A DNA stretch of 64,000 bases from Tubiluchus corallicola. Taxonomy: Eukaryota; Animalia; Priapulida. The stretch is taken from NCBI GenBank assembly GCA_030141605.1, contig JAQGDQ010001084.1, positions 1 to 64,000 of the forward strand. The letters are read 5' to 3'. The notes under the pieces are model-generated. The model had not been told where the DNA came from. It searched no databases and saw only the letters and a program-made list of their open reading frames with translations. Below, piece after piece: positions 23,812-38,400 of this stretch (its first letter is position 1; the number at the start of each line of letters is the position of its first letter). The translations under genes were made by a program, and so were the position numbers.

Positions 23812-26800
23812 TTATTGTTTCACGCTTGCTCCCTTATCTCTGATTTTCTCAAAACCATGTGCAAATTTAAACACGGTGGCTTCGTCAAAGTGTTTTCCGA
23901 TTACCATCATCCCGATGGGAAGATGAGCTTCTTTAGAGAAACCAGCATTGACCGAGAGAGCTGGATGTCCAGTAAAGTTGAATGGCGCTGTGTTTTTAAG
24001 CCCTCCTACCGAAATATTTAGAAAATCTGTAAAAGAAAGTGAGCCATACTCTGTAAAGTTTGTTATCATTTGAGTTATGAGCATCACGCTACAAGCTTGC
24101 AGCACATTTGTATGTAAATCTCTATAATGCAGAATAACAGCAGGTCTATCAAAACTACAAGACTAAACTTAAGAGTTTCATTGTGCGCATGAGCAGTTGC
24201 TGTATTCGAACGTAGAGTGTACCACAGCAATGCGTCTTAACTACAACCGTCAGATGTCGTTTGTAAAGCAAAGCAATATGCCACAGCAGTTCAGTAACTT
24301 CAGTTGTTTACGAGGACTTTACTTAATTATGCATTATTCTGCACATAGAGTGATTTACTAGCAGGATCCTGCAGGTAGAGTGTACCACAACAATACGTCT
24401 TAACTACAACCATCAGATGACGTTTGTAAAGCAAAGCGATATGCCACATCAGTTCAGTAACTTCAGTTGTTTACGAGGACTTTACTTAATTATGCATTAT
24501 TCTGCACATAGAGTGATTTACTAGAAGGATCCTGCTTGGCAACAAGAAAAAATGAACTAGGTAAGGTTGTAGCTAGCTGTTAAAATTGTTACTATTACAA
24601 CAGCATGGGCTGCGAGACACTGTCAAATGTGAACAAATGTGTTGTCTTGTACACTTAACCCCTGACCTTTCACGATCATCACAAATCGCTGGAACTGTGA
24701 AAAGGCTTATTACTGGTAATTTTCAAATACATGTCAGTACTCTGCACATCAAGATCCAGTAATATGCAATTACTAAAAACAACCCAAACTGTAAGACACT
24801 ATGAACAAATGTGCTTTATTATAGCCACGTATGAGAGCAGAGATGTACTCAGTCAAATAAATAGTACAGGGACAAGTTGCAAATGAAACCACTTAGTAAC
24901 AGTTCTTTCAACAAATGCCCATCTGTTGTGTTTCGTTTCGTATTTTACAGTCAGCAATGCATATTTTTATAAGTGATCTAAGGCAAAAGGTTTCGGGCAT
25001 TGCGTGCTTTTTTGTCGGAGTTTCAGTTGACCTTTTTCGTTGGCAAAACTTGAATAAAGTTGTATTTTTCTATTAAGTTAAAGCAATCTACTCGTTAGCT
25101 TAATTATACCCTAGAACTCGTCACAAACCCAGTCAGCATTAAAGCGAGGCACGTAACAACTTTTTAAGTTAACCCCTTAACATTGTTCATATTTCCATGA
25201 ATAACAAGGGCAGCGTCGCAGCTTTTTTGACTTTTCCTTCACGCTCTTGATGCCACTTAATGACCGTTGACTATACTTGATACTAATTAGTACTCGTTAG
25301 CTTAATTATACCCTAGTACTCGTCACCATCCCATTTACTAATCAGGCTTAATCTGAGCATGGTTTAACATTGTTTGCTTAATCACACGTACACCGTGACC
25401 ACTCGACTAGCGCTCGCCCCAATGAAGTAAAGCGTAATTTTAATTGCTACAGCAGAGTATATTGCTTTGTTTTGCTTTTCTTAATAATGTGAAAAGAACA
25501 GTGTAGTTGTGATCAGTGATTTTTGTATACTTTTTAGGCTTTTTCTTTTATTTACTGTGGATTTTGTACTTAATCAATGATTCAGTTCTTCGGCTTGTGG
25601 TGTATTTCGACTTATGATATATTATGACTTCATTATACAATTCGCTTGCTTATGTCTAAGAATTATGCTTGTGTTATAAAGTATATTTGCCATTGTTATT
25701 AAGTTTCTGTTGTCAGATTTTTATATCAGTTCTTATTTCAGTTCAGTTTTATTTCAGTTATTTTCAGTTTGATTATTTTATTATGCACTTATTATTACTG
25801 TGTATGAATTGTACTAACACGTTATAAGCATTTCAATTTAATGTCATTCGTAACAATTAATTTTTATTATAAGCAGTACTAACACTAATACACTGTAGCA
25901 TAGCGCCTATAAAAAATGTTCATCACTAACCAAAGGGCAGCTGACTAGATGACCAATTGGTCTCTCACTGCCCTTTCTTCACATTTTTGTTTCCAAATTA
26001 ATTGTACTATGACTGTGCGTGTGTTACAAGATAAATAAAAAGATTATTATTATTATTATAGTAGTTATTAGTACATGCATTAACATAGCAAACTTACAAA
26101 GTTACTCTTCAGTGAAAGCATGTGCTTTTGTTTTTTTCACCTGAAGACAACCCGCCGCGGGTATCATATCTTTTCTTTTTCTATAGTGGGATATTTTTTA
26201 ATAAAAGTACACACAATTTTTCTGTGGCATTTCTGCAATTGTTTTCATGTTAATCTCATTCATACTATAAGAATCAAAGGAAAATTCAGCAATGAAGCCA
26301 TTCATTACTACCTAGTGAAATAAAACAAATAGAATCTCTCCACCACTTTAAAAAAGAAATTAAAAGAATATCAATATAACAGGTTTCAACTTCCACATTG
26401 TGCATCTGATACTAATAACACAGACTAAACTTTCATCTACCCCCGCCCCTGACTCCACAAAACGATTAAAAATGAAAATTTTTAAAAAATTATGTAATGT
26501 AATACGTGTTATGTTAGTTTTGTAATGTCAAATGTATAAATAGTGTAAATGTAATGAGTTAAATTTATGTAATGTAAAGCATGTTTCTGTTAATTGTGTC
26601 ATGTCAAATGTATATATTGTGTAAAATATGTCATGTAAAATTTAATGTACTTTTGTAATATTGTTTTGTAAAAATATTTTAATATGGTGTTTGTAAATAT
26701 GTTCATTTATTGTATATAATTAGACCTTAGTTTTGCACTTTAGTTTTTTTAATATGCACTGGACGCATTTGTCTTGAACAGTGTTGTTATTTTAACATTA

Positions 26801-29800
26801 TGCTGAGGCTTACTCAATTTTATTATAATGAGTGAACCCAAATAAAGAATTAATATATAATATATAAAAAAATTAGTTTACATTGTTTTAAACAGACCAT
26901 TATAAACAGACTCAATAACCAGTACCTGTGATAGAAACATCTTCGGTTGGTATCTTTGGCGGTAAGTGATTAATCGTTGGCATGACGATGACATCATACT
27001 TCTCCAGTACTTCATCGTACCTCTTTGTTATTTCGTTCATAATGTTCTTTGCCTTGCAGTAGAAGTCCAGTCCAAACTCTTCACGTATGTACTGGGGTAG
27101 TAAAAAACATAGCTTGCCAGTGTATGATAAGTACGCAGCATCGTTATTGAGTCCTTTTCGAAAAGCAGCTCCCAGAGAAAACGAGTTGTACGCTTGATGT
27201 CCAATTCCTGTCCCTGAAACACAAATTCAGCAATGAAAACATGATTAAATTCACAAACTCCTGTTCACAGGAATTAACACATTGTCAGCAGGGGCGGAAC
27301 TAGATGTGGCAAGCAGGGGGGGGAGGGCGCAAAAATTTTCTGGGGGGTCGAGGTATCCGAAGTGGTTAAATAATGGTTAAGCCAATTTTTAACCCCTTTT
27401 ATACTGCATGCAAGCCTATAATTAGCGTGTGTAGGACGGCGTAGCGGACAGAGTAATAATGAGAAAATTAACTCTCAGTTAACTTAACGTTATTAATGTG
27501 CCTCTAACTAAATTGTTATTTACAGAAATTTATCACACAAAAGTTTTAAGAAAATAATATACTGAAGCTACCAAACATTTTTTACCTAATTCTAATTCAT
27601 ATTGAAAATGATTACATGCGAACTGTAATTTTCACTGCAAAAAAAATTATTTGTCCGATTTTGCAGGGGGGCCCCCCCTCGCTCCCCCCTAATTCTGCCC
27701 CTGATTGTCAGCTTACAAGACAGATGCATGCAGATTAAAAGTGCTATTAATAGAATACCATAAAATTTATTTTATGAAAATTTACCTTGTAATCTGAACA
27801 TTCCTTCGTATCCACCCTGGTAAAGTAATGGTACACAAGCTTCAACAGCTGAAAAATAAAGTGATTAAATAATGAATCAAGGTAGACTAGACTACAACGA
27901 TGAACATACTTCTAATTTGGTGACCACAAAGACTCCTAACATTAAATTTAACAGATTAAGGTACTGTAACCAGAGGAGAAAAAGGTGTAATAAAATTTAA
28001 TGTGGGATCTCATTTGGTGCAGCATAAGGCAGTGCAGAATGAAATCCCTTATAAATACACATAGTAATAAAAAGAAATTTTCTACCGAATCAAAATGCGA
28101 CCTGAATAGTAATACATACTGCTCATGTCACATTAATGACTTGCTTTCATTCATAGCTTTTACACATTGCTTCCACATGTCCTGTAAAATGTGTCTGGGC
28201 ATCTGCCAATGCCCTAAACCAGCAGACACATCAAGCTGACATACAAAAAGTAAATATTGCATAGTTTCACTGAAAAATATTCACTGAATTTCATGTAATT
28301 TGTGAGTGCCATCTATTGGCAGCAGTATGGTTAGAATATCCCTTCCTCAACTTTGATAATTTGCAATCGGTTTGTAACCACAACAATGTAGTTCCGGTAT
28401 TGATGCAGTAGCTAAAATTCTCCGCATATATCTGCAACTGTGATATATTATGATGTACTGGTTGTAAATTACCAAAAGATAAATTAATAATGATCGCACG
28501 TACACTATCTTAATTGGACTCATGTAATTGTATCGAGTATAATGTGCAACTCCGAGACGTATGAATTCTGTAATTGTTAACTAAAACTATATTGGTCAAT
28601 AAATGCAATTCAATTCAAGTCACAGTAACAGTTAGTCAATTCATGCCTTTTAGTTTGGGAATAGAAATGGCACTAACCCTCAGCATGCTCTGAGATAGAG
28701 ATTATATCGACGATTGCACCGCTCTCTCTGGTTGCCATGACAGCATCAATCACCACTTGTTTCACTTCCTCGTCTGCACCCATGAATCCTTCCTCTACAA
28801 TACCGACCTTCATGTTGTTAATGTCACCAGTCAGCTGCAAAACATAAGCCAGTACAATTTACAGATGCCAAGAAATAGGTCAAAATTCACAATGTTATTG
28901 GATATATATATTTTTGCAACTGTTTCGAGAACTCCAGATTTTTTTATATAATATTAACTTATCAATTTCCAGTTATCAATCCCAAAACTTCACCAATAAC
29001 AAATAATTATATTTTTCTAAATACAAGTCACATTTTCTAAAATGACCTTATATATGTAGGCCAGTTTGGTAACATTACTCAGCCTAGTATGGAGCATAGA
29101 AATCTAGGTTGCAGGTAGAAAACAAATGCGCAGCAATATTTTTGTCCAGTAACTTAATATTTAACCAGTAAAAAACAGAAAAACGAAAAGTTAAGACAAG
29201 AAAATTCTTTTGCTGTTCTAGGAATAAGCATGATGAAATAAAAAACACCAACTAATAATCATGTTCTTTCAAGAATGGTTTCTCAGTTTATCAATACATG
29301 TGCGTTATTATTAATATCAAGCTACTTGAAGAAGAAAAATAAAAACAATAAATATGAATTACCGATTCTGTGTAGTTCGGAACACGGACATTCTTATGTA
29401 TTCTGTCATCTAGCAAATCTGGCCCAGCTATTACTTCTAACAGCAATGCACAGTCATACACTGTGCGAGTCATTGGTCCTAAAGTATCGGTATCATACTG
29501 TATGCTGGCCGCTCCCGTATACGGTACGAGTCCAAATGTAGGCTTCAAGCCAACGCAACCACTGCAACACGCTGGACAGCGAATTGAGCCAGCCTGGTCA
29601 CCCCCAATTGCTAAATCTACATGACCACCAGCTACCTACAAACAAAAAAAAATTATTATGTAAAAAAAGAAAAAGTAAAGCCAAAAAATGGTCGGCCAAA
29701 ATTCAATCCAATTAAGGAGCTCGATTAATTAACTTAACTTACGAGAGCAGCAGATCCGGAACTTGAGCCTCCAGCGATGTATTTTTCATTGTAAGGGTTC

Positions 29801-31818
29801 CTCACAGGTCCTGAAGCAGGGGTTAAACTGCCTACATCTAGACAAAGATTCCCACACGATGATTTTCCAATAATACGTCCTCCTGAACAAAGTACACTCG
29901 CATTATTAATGGCTAACTAGTCTAGAATAAGTATAAGAATTTCGGAAAACATAGAATTGCTCATGCGCATAATAACATGAATGGTAAAATTCACCAGCAT
30001 CCAAAATCCGACTCACAACCGTAGCGTCAAAATCTGGAACATAACCCTCCAAAATTTGGGACCCATTACTCATTGGGACTCCTGCTATCATGACGCTGTC
30101 CTTGATGGCAACTGTCTTTCCTGCAAGCTTACCAGTCAGAGCTCCTGAAATGTCAATCTTCCAAGCCCTGACAATAAACAAAAAATGCTGCAGTAAGCTA
30201 ATAAGATAACAATAATATATATAAAACACAAAATGATTTGAAATAAGTACTTTTGTAGTTGTTTCGTTGGCCTACAATAACACAGAACTCAAATTTCTAC
30301 AATTACTGAAGTGCATAATGTAGAAAGTACAGTATACAATTCATTTACCAGGCATTGTAGGGGTTATCTTCGGGTGTTGGTCTATAACCTGGTGTCCGGG
30401 GATACTTTACTTGTGGAATAGGCTCTACCAATTGTGCGATGAGTTTGAATCCTCCTAGGAGATCGGTAACACAGTCTAAAACAAGATTTTAAAAGTGATA
30501 TTGTTTGATGGAAACTTCCCATTAATATTAATATGTTAATTATGATAAAAATATTGCCAAAAATGTGTATGCTGCGCATGCAGTAATGGTAGTACAGTAA
30601 ATACGATCACAACTCTAATTACCCGTTTTATTAACATAAAAATTTATGCTAGAATTAAAGGAAATTGTTAACACATTTTATAAAGTGAGTATTGTACAGT
30701 ACATAAGTTTTACTTTTGTAATCCTCCAGTTCTTCATTACTGCAGCCCAATCCATATTTCTTCGATATAGCTGAAAGGCGATCCAAACTAGGAGCGTTAA
30801 TTCCCCTGGCCCCTAGCGGCCCTAAAAAATTGACAAGATTAATTAGTAAAGATATAAACCCTTCACAGCGTATAATTACGCAACAAAAACCACAAGCAAA
30901 TATTTGCTCAATCTAAATTTCGGCAGTTTATTGCACAAAAACAAGCCTCTTCGAAGATACACAAATGGTAAAATATAAACTTATGAACGTCTAATTTCAT
31001 AATATATTGGGTACGACGGCATCAGAACCAATCACCTTATCAAGGACAACTTTTTGAAATACGGAACTGGCAATGACGTCTTAGTCATGCTCAGATAAAA
31101 CGCAGCCACCATGTGCAAACGAAACAGTCAAGTGATCACAAATCAAATCATTGAGCAGGTTTAGCATTACTTAACTTTCATCACCAAGCACATAGTTGTC
31201 ATCCAGCCATTTACCCGACCACATACTACTCCCACCATCCGGGCTTAATATTGAAGAACAAAACAAACCTACCTATGCTAATCAATAGAAAATCACTGGG
31301 AAGCTATTGAGCATTTATAGGCAACAATCAAGGTACCATTGTATCACACTATACACCTATCACATTTAGCATTGATCTAAATACATTAGTTAATAATAAT
31401 GCGCGAACATCCTACATATTCCTAATTTATAACGCAAAGCCAGCAGCAGCGGCTTTTAGTGAATTAAAGTTATAAGGTTAAAGGCAGAGTATAATGGATG
31501 ATGTCACAACAATGGCTTTGCATCAGCTGTTTTCCAAGCGAAAATTGCCGAAAATAGAACATCTAATTAACTCGTCGGCACTCCTCTTGGTGGACGTATC
31601 CTAAAATATAGCCCACATCATCGTGTAACCCTGTTCTTCCTCTTTCTAAAGAGCCATATATCTCCTTATGAGAGTCCCACCATAATAATAATAGTAATAA
31701 TAATAATAATAATGTACATTACAAAACTTGAAACCAGTGCAAATTTTCAAACATGAGATAGTTAAAAATGTGTACACTTACTTTCATTCAACGCACCCTT
31801 GGTTTCCAACTGTGACAT
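23812..31818 (-). CDS. Amidase-signature family amidase, paralog B (526 aa, 10 exons)
   Basis: Exons 31782-31818, 30714-30821, 30349-30475, 29995-30167, 29743-29882, 29363-29635, 28678-28834, 27786-27848, 26926-27213 and 23812-24026 splice in frame (1581 nt). Motifs: [48 protein letters not shown]. Confidence 0.93.
24185..24780. repeat. Dispersed repeat with an internal ~164-bp tandem duplication; reverse copy at ~48030-48450
   Basis: agagtgtaccaca...gcaggatcctgc occurs at 24214 and 24378, and its reverse complement lies at 48200-48370. Confidence 0.7.
27289..27703. mobile_element. hAT-type MITE, family 1
   Basis: TIRs CAGGGGCGGAACTAG / TAATTCTGCCCCTG and 8-bp TSD attgtcag. Confidence 0.85.
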
Positions 31819-32411
31819 TTCCAAGCGAGACCTTACATGCTGTTTAAGCATAAGTAGCAAGTTTTGGCCGCCAGTAGAGCATATTTACACAATACTCTAT
31901 ATAGTTTACATTGCACGTAAACCAGTCCCTTGATCACCCAACGTGACCCTGACACATATTAGTATAGCTTTCTGCCAAAAATTCAAACTAAATTTTGCAT
32001 AACACGCGTTGTATTTACGTGCAAACGTAATTTATTATGGTACCAATATTAAGTTATAATAACAGCTACTGCAAGATAACATATAATCAGATGAAAAATA
32101 AGCATAAATTATGCACACTGTACAGACCGTTCTCTACGAAATCTACGAAATGTGCCTCTAAGAAATTACTTTTTCAACTTCTTATTATAATGTGTATGAC
32201 GCTAAGACTTATTGTAAGCTTAGTTTCGATTCTAAGAAACAAGTCACAAGTTTAATGGTAAGGTAAACAAAATTAAAAAATGTGCATGATAAACCTGAAC
32301 CAACTTGTCAGTAACAAAAATACAGTAAGAATCAGTTATATCCTGTTCAACAGTTGTATATTTTTTAAACTTTACACATTTAACAGGTAGATAAAAAAGA
32401 CCGAAGCTTTT

Positions 32412-35400
32412 TTATTTTCCATCTCTTAATTTTTCGACAGCATGTGCAAATTTCAACACATTCACTTCATCAAAGTGTCTGCCCACTATCATTAATCCAA
32501 TAGGCAGCTTGTCTGGCTTAGAAAATCCAGCATTTATAGAGATGGCAGGATGTCCAGAACTATTGAAAATTGCGGTATTGTATAGCATTCCGAATGCAGT
32601 ATGGATGTACTCTGAAAAACAAGCAGCTAATGTACAAAACAGAATTCAAATGATTACAAAACAACAAAGTAACAGTAACTACATGACCATGTGAAGTGAT
32701 ATATCTCATAACAAAAAATCTGCTAAAATTCGCTAACAATTTCAAATACATATACAGTGTTCCCTCGCTACTTCGCGGTTCGTTTATCGCGGACTCGCTG
32801 TTTCGCTGGTTTTCAGAAATATTAATGTAAAATATTTCCCGAGGTATTTTCGCTGTTTCGCGGGTTATTGCAGTACTCTGTCTAAAGTATTTTTGCACAT
32901 GCGTAGTACGTATTGTACAGAATTTTGCATAAAAAATCACAAAATGTGTAAAAATATATTAAAAATATTAATTCTAACATTAAAAGAATATTATAAATCA
33001 TAAAAATTACCATTTACAGTAAATAGTGTATTTATTTAGCAGATGAATACACACCAAAAACGAAATGTAGCACTTGCATGAGATGCTACTGACCGACGTG
33101 AGATTGTACACAACACACGATTGGTATGTATAAGAGTGTGGGGAGGGGTTATAAAAACTTAAAAATAATGTATAACTACTAATGTGGGCCTGGAACGGAA
33201 CACATGCGATAGGTGAGGGAACACTGCATTATAATAGTTGAAAAAATCAGATATCTTACATTTTACAAATAAAAAAAATTGAATCCTACTTCACTACTCT
33301 AAGCTTGTAATTGTACTGAGTTTTATCATATGTAATACTTATGATTTTGTAACGATGATGATGCTTACAGTGTCAGTGGCAGCAGCAGCAACACTGCACC
33401 AAAGTCACTGATAATGATTACAATTAGGTACCGTAAAACTATGATTTACAAAATGTAAGTAGCATTGCAAAAACTACTTTCTATGAACTACAGAAAACAA
33501 TAAAATTAGTGAACTAAAATTATTACACTAATACCAAGTACAATTTAAGACCAGATGGTTTAGTCTAGTGGTAATGCGTCTGCTTTCCGTCTGGGAGGTC
33601 GTGAGTTCGAACCAGCGGCCGGGTCATACCAAAGACCTTAAAAATGGTATCTGCTGTTGGCCTGCCTGACGCGTGGTATTTAGGGTAAAAGTGGGGTAAT
33701 AATAGTCTCTGTTATGCAGTTGTAGGTTGTTATTTACAGTCGGCGATAATAGCTCTTTGAGCTAATGTTAATTGTTCACCCAAAAGCCGACTTTAAAATA
33801 AAGATTATTATTATTATTACAGTAATTTAGCTCACAGAATTGAATCACTTATTAAATATGCTAGTTATTTTAATAAAACTGAAAAAATCATGAACGTAAA
33901 TTGCACAGGCTTACGCAGGGATCAAAACTGTTTTACAAAAATTTTTAAAAAAAGTTCTTAACAAGGGAAAGCTGTAAAAAGAATAAGTTGATGTTAATGT
34001 TAAACTTACCAGGTATGCTGCAATCATCATTCGGTATTTTAGGTGGCAAGTATGTTATAGTAGGCATCACAATGACGTCATACTTTTCTAGTGCTTTGTC
34101 ATACTCATTGGCTATTTCACGCAGGATGTTCTGTGCCTTACTATAGTACTGAAAACCAAATTCCTCCCGAGCATACTCAGCGACCAGAATCATCAGTTTA
34201 GCTGTGTGTGACAGATATGGGGCCATGTTGCTATAGCCCTTGCGCATAGCAGCTCCGAGAGCTGTTGGGTAATAACCTCTGTAGCCAACCCCGGTTCCTG
34301 TGAAATGCAAAATATTAAACAAATCTGTCTAATGAAAAACAAAAATGCACTTATTTCACAAAAAAATTTACACAAGCATTAAACTATAAGCCGATTGCAG
34401 TGCATTAAGGTCTAGCTCAAACAGAAGTAATCTTGAGCTCCCATGTACCAGGATAGGTGACAAATCATTCAGTTCTGATTCCCCGAATTGTAGAATTCTT
34501 TGCCCCTCTAATTACGCCTGATCAAGTCGCTTGATAATTTTAAAGTCTGAAAACTTACTAATTTAACGAAGTCTTCTGTGGTTGAGCTAATCTTGCATTT
34601 TCTACGATTATGTATGTTTTATGGCATTGCTTTTATTATTTTACTAAATTTTCAGTGTTTTTATTATTTTCCCTTTTTTGTCATATTCAATGTACTTTTA
34701 ATCAATCAATGTGTCACGGTCTTATATATCGTACGATTATAATTTTTTAGTAATTTTGACAATCTTTCATTTGTAACATGCTTTTGATTATCATGTAAAA
34801 TGTATTAAAAATGTTCAATAAGTTATTAATTATTAAGCAAGGTTATGCTTAATCTCTCTCTCTCTCTATACATATATATATATATATAACTACTATATAT
34901 AATAATCCTAATTACTGAATAACTGTATTGTTTTGTTTAGATTTTGGTATCTAACTTTATTATGTTTTTTTTTCAGTTCTTTTTAGATAATTTGCATCAT
35001 TTATACTGTTTTTATTTTTTTTCTTATTTTTTTGTTTTTGTTTTTGTTATCTGCAGCATCACCGTTAATTTTTCATATACTAATCTATTTATAAGGGCAG
35101 GAGACTAGATGACCCTATGGTCCTTCCCTGCCCTGCTCCATGATTATAATTACTTAATATTTAAAAAAACTTTTGATGTTAAACTAATTGGAGAAAATAA
35201 ATGTTCTATGTCTATGTCTATGTGTACAAATAATGGCAGTCACATTTTGCATAAGAAATAAAAACAAATAAAAATACATGTACCTTGCATTTTCACAAAC
35301 CATTCTGTGCAGCCCTGCAGAAGCATTGGTGTATACACTTTTGCAGCTAGAATTAAAAAAACAATATGCAAATTTAATATTCAAAAAATCACACAAGCCT

Positions 35401-38400
35401 AAATGAATGCAACACACAACGAAACACGGAGAGTAATAACTTAGCCATTAAGATGACCAGTGTTTGTGTTTTATTAGACAATGGTGATCTTGAAAAAAGG
35501 ACAAATACAGGATGGTCGACAAAAAACATTCTTCCAAGTTAACTCCGTTCACTCTAGTAGAGACATTTTTAAGTGAGACCCCATCACCGCTTTCTCTTTA
35601 CAAACAACCGTAAATTTCCGTTTAAGACACGCAACAAGTACAGTTAAGCTGCTGGAGGTTTTAGCTGTTATTTTCCTAGAGTACTACTGCGCAGAAAAAA
35701 TGTCTTAGCGGTACACGGCATCTTTAGAAAGCAAACAAACCGAGCTACACTGTGGTGTGAGTCTCTTCTACAAATGCCTCTACCAGGATAAAGGGTACGA
35801 GTTAGCTTGGGGAACATTTTTTCTGGACGACCTGTATTTCATTATCAGTAAAAAATTAAAACTTAGTTCCTACCATAACTATGCTCAGGAATTGAAAACT
35901 CTTCAATAACAGCACCTCGCTGGTTTGTCGCATAAATCATGCCACGTACCACCTCGACAACTTGTTCATCAGCGCTTGCAAATCCTTCCCTTAAGATACC
36001 GACCTTCATTCCTTTGATATCACCTGTAAGCTACATTTCGACAAATTACAATTCGCCATCGCCACATAAGTTATCGTGTGGGATGCATGAATTATTAAAA
36101 TTAAATTTTAGCAAACAAACATAATAAATTACTGATTTCATTGTTTACCCTAACACAGGGGTGTGCAAATTATCTGACTAGCCGGGCCACATTAAACTTT
36201 CCCACAATTCCTGTGGGCTGCATGCAGTTTCGTCAAGGAGCCAAGTACAGTAGAACCTAATAACGATTTTTCTGCATCTGATCTGTCACATCATTACTAC
36301 TGCACTACTTACTACACTCAAGAAACTATTTCAGAAGTTATTAAAATTTATATTAAAAACCATATATTTCGTCATGTCCGACAGTGACATTAAGTGACAA
36401 CGGTCTTGTAAGGGTTAATGCCATCCGATCTAGGGGAAAAAACTACCCGCACTATCTTTTCAACATTGGTGCAGACTTCAGCTGGATCGCGTGGGTCGCA
36501 CGTTCATTAGGTTGACAAACCTCTTCGCAGGCCGAACAAGATCTCTCGGCGGGTCGCAGTTTGCACACCCCTGCCCTAACAGTTGTATTAGTCGAATTTT
36601 TATAATTCAAGAAAGAAGTCTATGCATTTCCTTATTGTTGTAAGAAGATATGTAAGCCTACAACTATTATAGGTAACTAGTTTTACTTATTGTCCTGAGC
36701 ATGTGCAATTGCACTCAGTTGCTGTAATTTCCTTTAATTTAAACCTTTAATTTTTCAAACGAGAGTTTCTACAACAAATAGACACTGTAAAACGAACTGC
36801 TTTAAAAAACCCAAACAAGCACGTACCAACAGCCAAGCTGCATATATAAATAATTGTTCAAACCTGCTCCTCGACATTAATGCAACATTTTTATAATTCA
36901 AGAAAGACGTCTTGCATAAGATTGCATTTTATGATTTCCTTATTGTTGTAGGAAGATATGTAAGCCTACAACTATTATGGGTAACTAGTTTTACTTATTG
37001 TCCTGAGCAAGTGCAATTGCACTCAGTTGCTGTAATTTCACACTGAGGTTTTATAACGCAGTGGCAAGTTGGAAGGTTTTCAAGACTAGTCTGAACAACA
37101 AAACACACAGGTGACAATGAATGTAACGAATATGAAAGAAAAACAAACCCACTGCATGCTTTATCATTTTAACTATTGCCTAGCAGTTGTTCTTCAAGCC
37201 ACACGTCAATAACGACGGTGTGTGAGATTGCATATCGGGGCAAAACAAATAAGAAACGTAACAGTTATTGAGTACTATTAGAACTGCTCCATTTGTAATA
37301 CTACTGATCAATGCAAATGGCAAAGAAGGCAAACAACGGCTTCACCTGCGTGTTATAGTAAGCAGTTCATTTGATCACACAACTATACAGCTGCAGGTCA
37401 ATGCAAAATGATACAGTTTCAAACAGAAGGCTGGGGCGTTTTTCCTTTGAGGTGACAATAGATGAGGCGCCAATGGTGATTAATATAAGTTATTCAATGT
37501 AAAGTAGTTCATTATGTTTTTGTCTTTCTTAGATAATTGCATTATGTTTTTGTCTTTCTTAGATAATTGCACAAAAATTCAATTATTAATAATTAAATTA
37601 TTCTAAAAGAGGTAAAACTTGTAAATTAACAACACTCAAACAATTTGTTAAAAACTCTTTTACTGCTAAAGAGTATTGAATGACGGTCTCTCATCAATTC
37701 ACTGCCAAGGTCAATGATACTTAACTTCAATTCCTCAATATTCACCCTACCCACTTGTTTATCCATTCACTTCGCCTCAAGAACACTTTTACTAAACACA
37801 CTAAATTTGCACAATGGACGCCTTCAGACATATACATTAAGTTCTTAGTAAAATAGCAAAATTAATCATAATTACCATCTCCGTGTAATTTGGAATTTTC
37901 ACATCCTTTTGGGTTCTGTCATCGAGTGGATCATACCCAGCCAACACTTCTAACAACAGCGCACAATCATAAACAGTACGGGCCATTGGACCCAGATGAT
38001 CTAAATGATATTCCATACTAGCTCCTCCTGTATACGGCACCAAACCAAAAGTAGGTTTGAGACCAACAACACCACCCCAAGCACATGGGAGACGAATGGA
38101 CCCGCCCTGATCTCCGCCGATGGCCATATCGACTTTCTCACCGGCTAACTGAAAAATGCAAACAGCCACCAAATTATGCAGTGCAATCATTTGTACGTGA
38201 ACAATTTAGATTTTCATACTATATAATGTTGAGGCATTACATAAACTAACTTTTAACACTTTCAACAAAACTATCAACAAAGAAATTAGCAAACCACAAG
38301 TTGCACATGCGCATATATAACACACAGACATGTAACTTTGTACGTATATTGTAAGATTTATGAACTGAATTGCTAAAATGCAAGTAAAAATAAGACAATT

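Noticed and set aside
33549-33625. tRNA gene
   Set aside because: It has A/B boxes but no complete cloverleaf or terminator. It continues into a SINE body and tail that is duplicated at 41498-41770.
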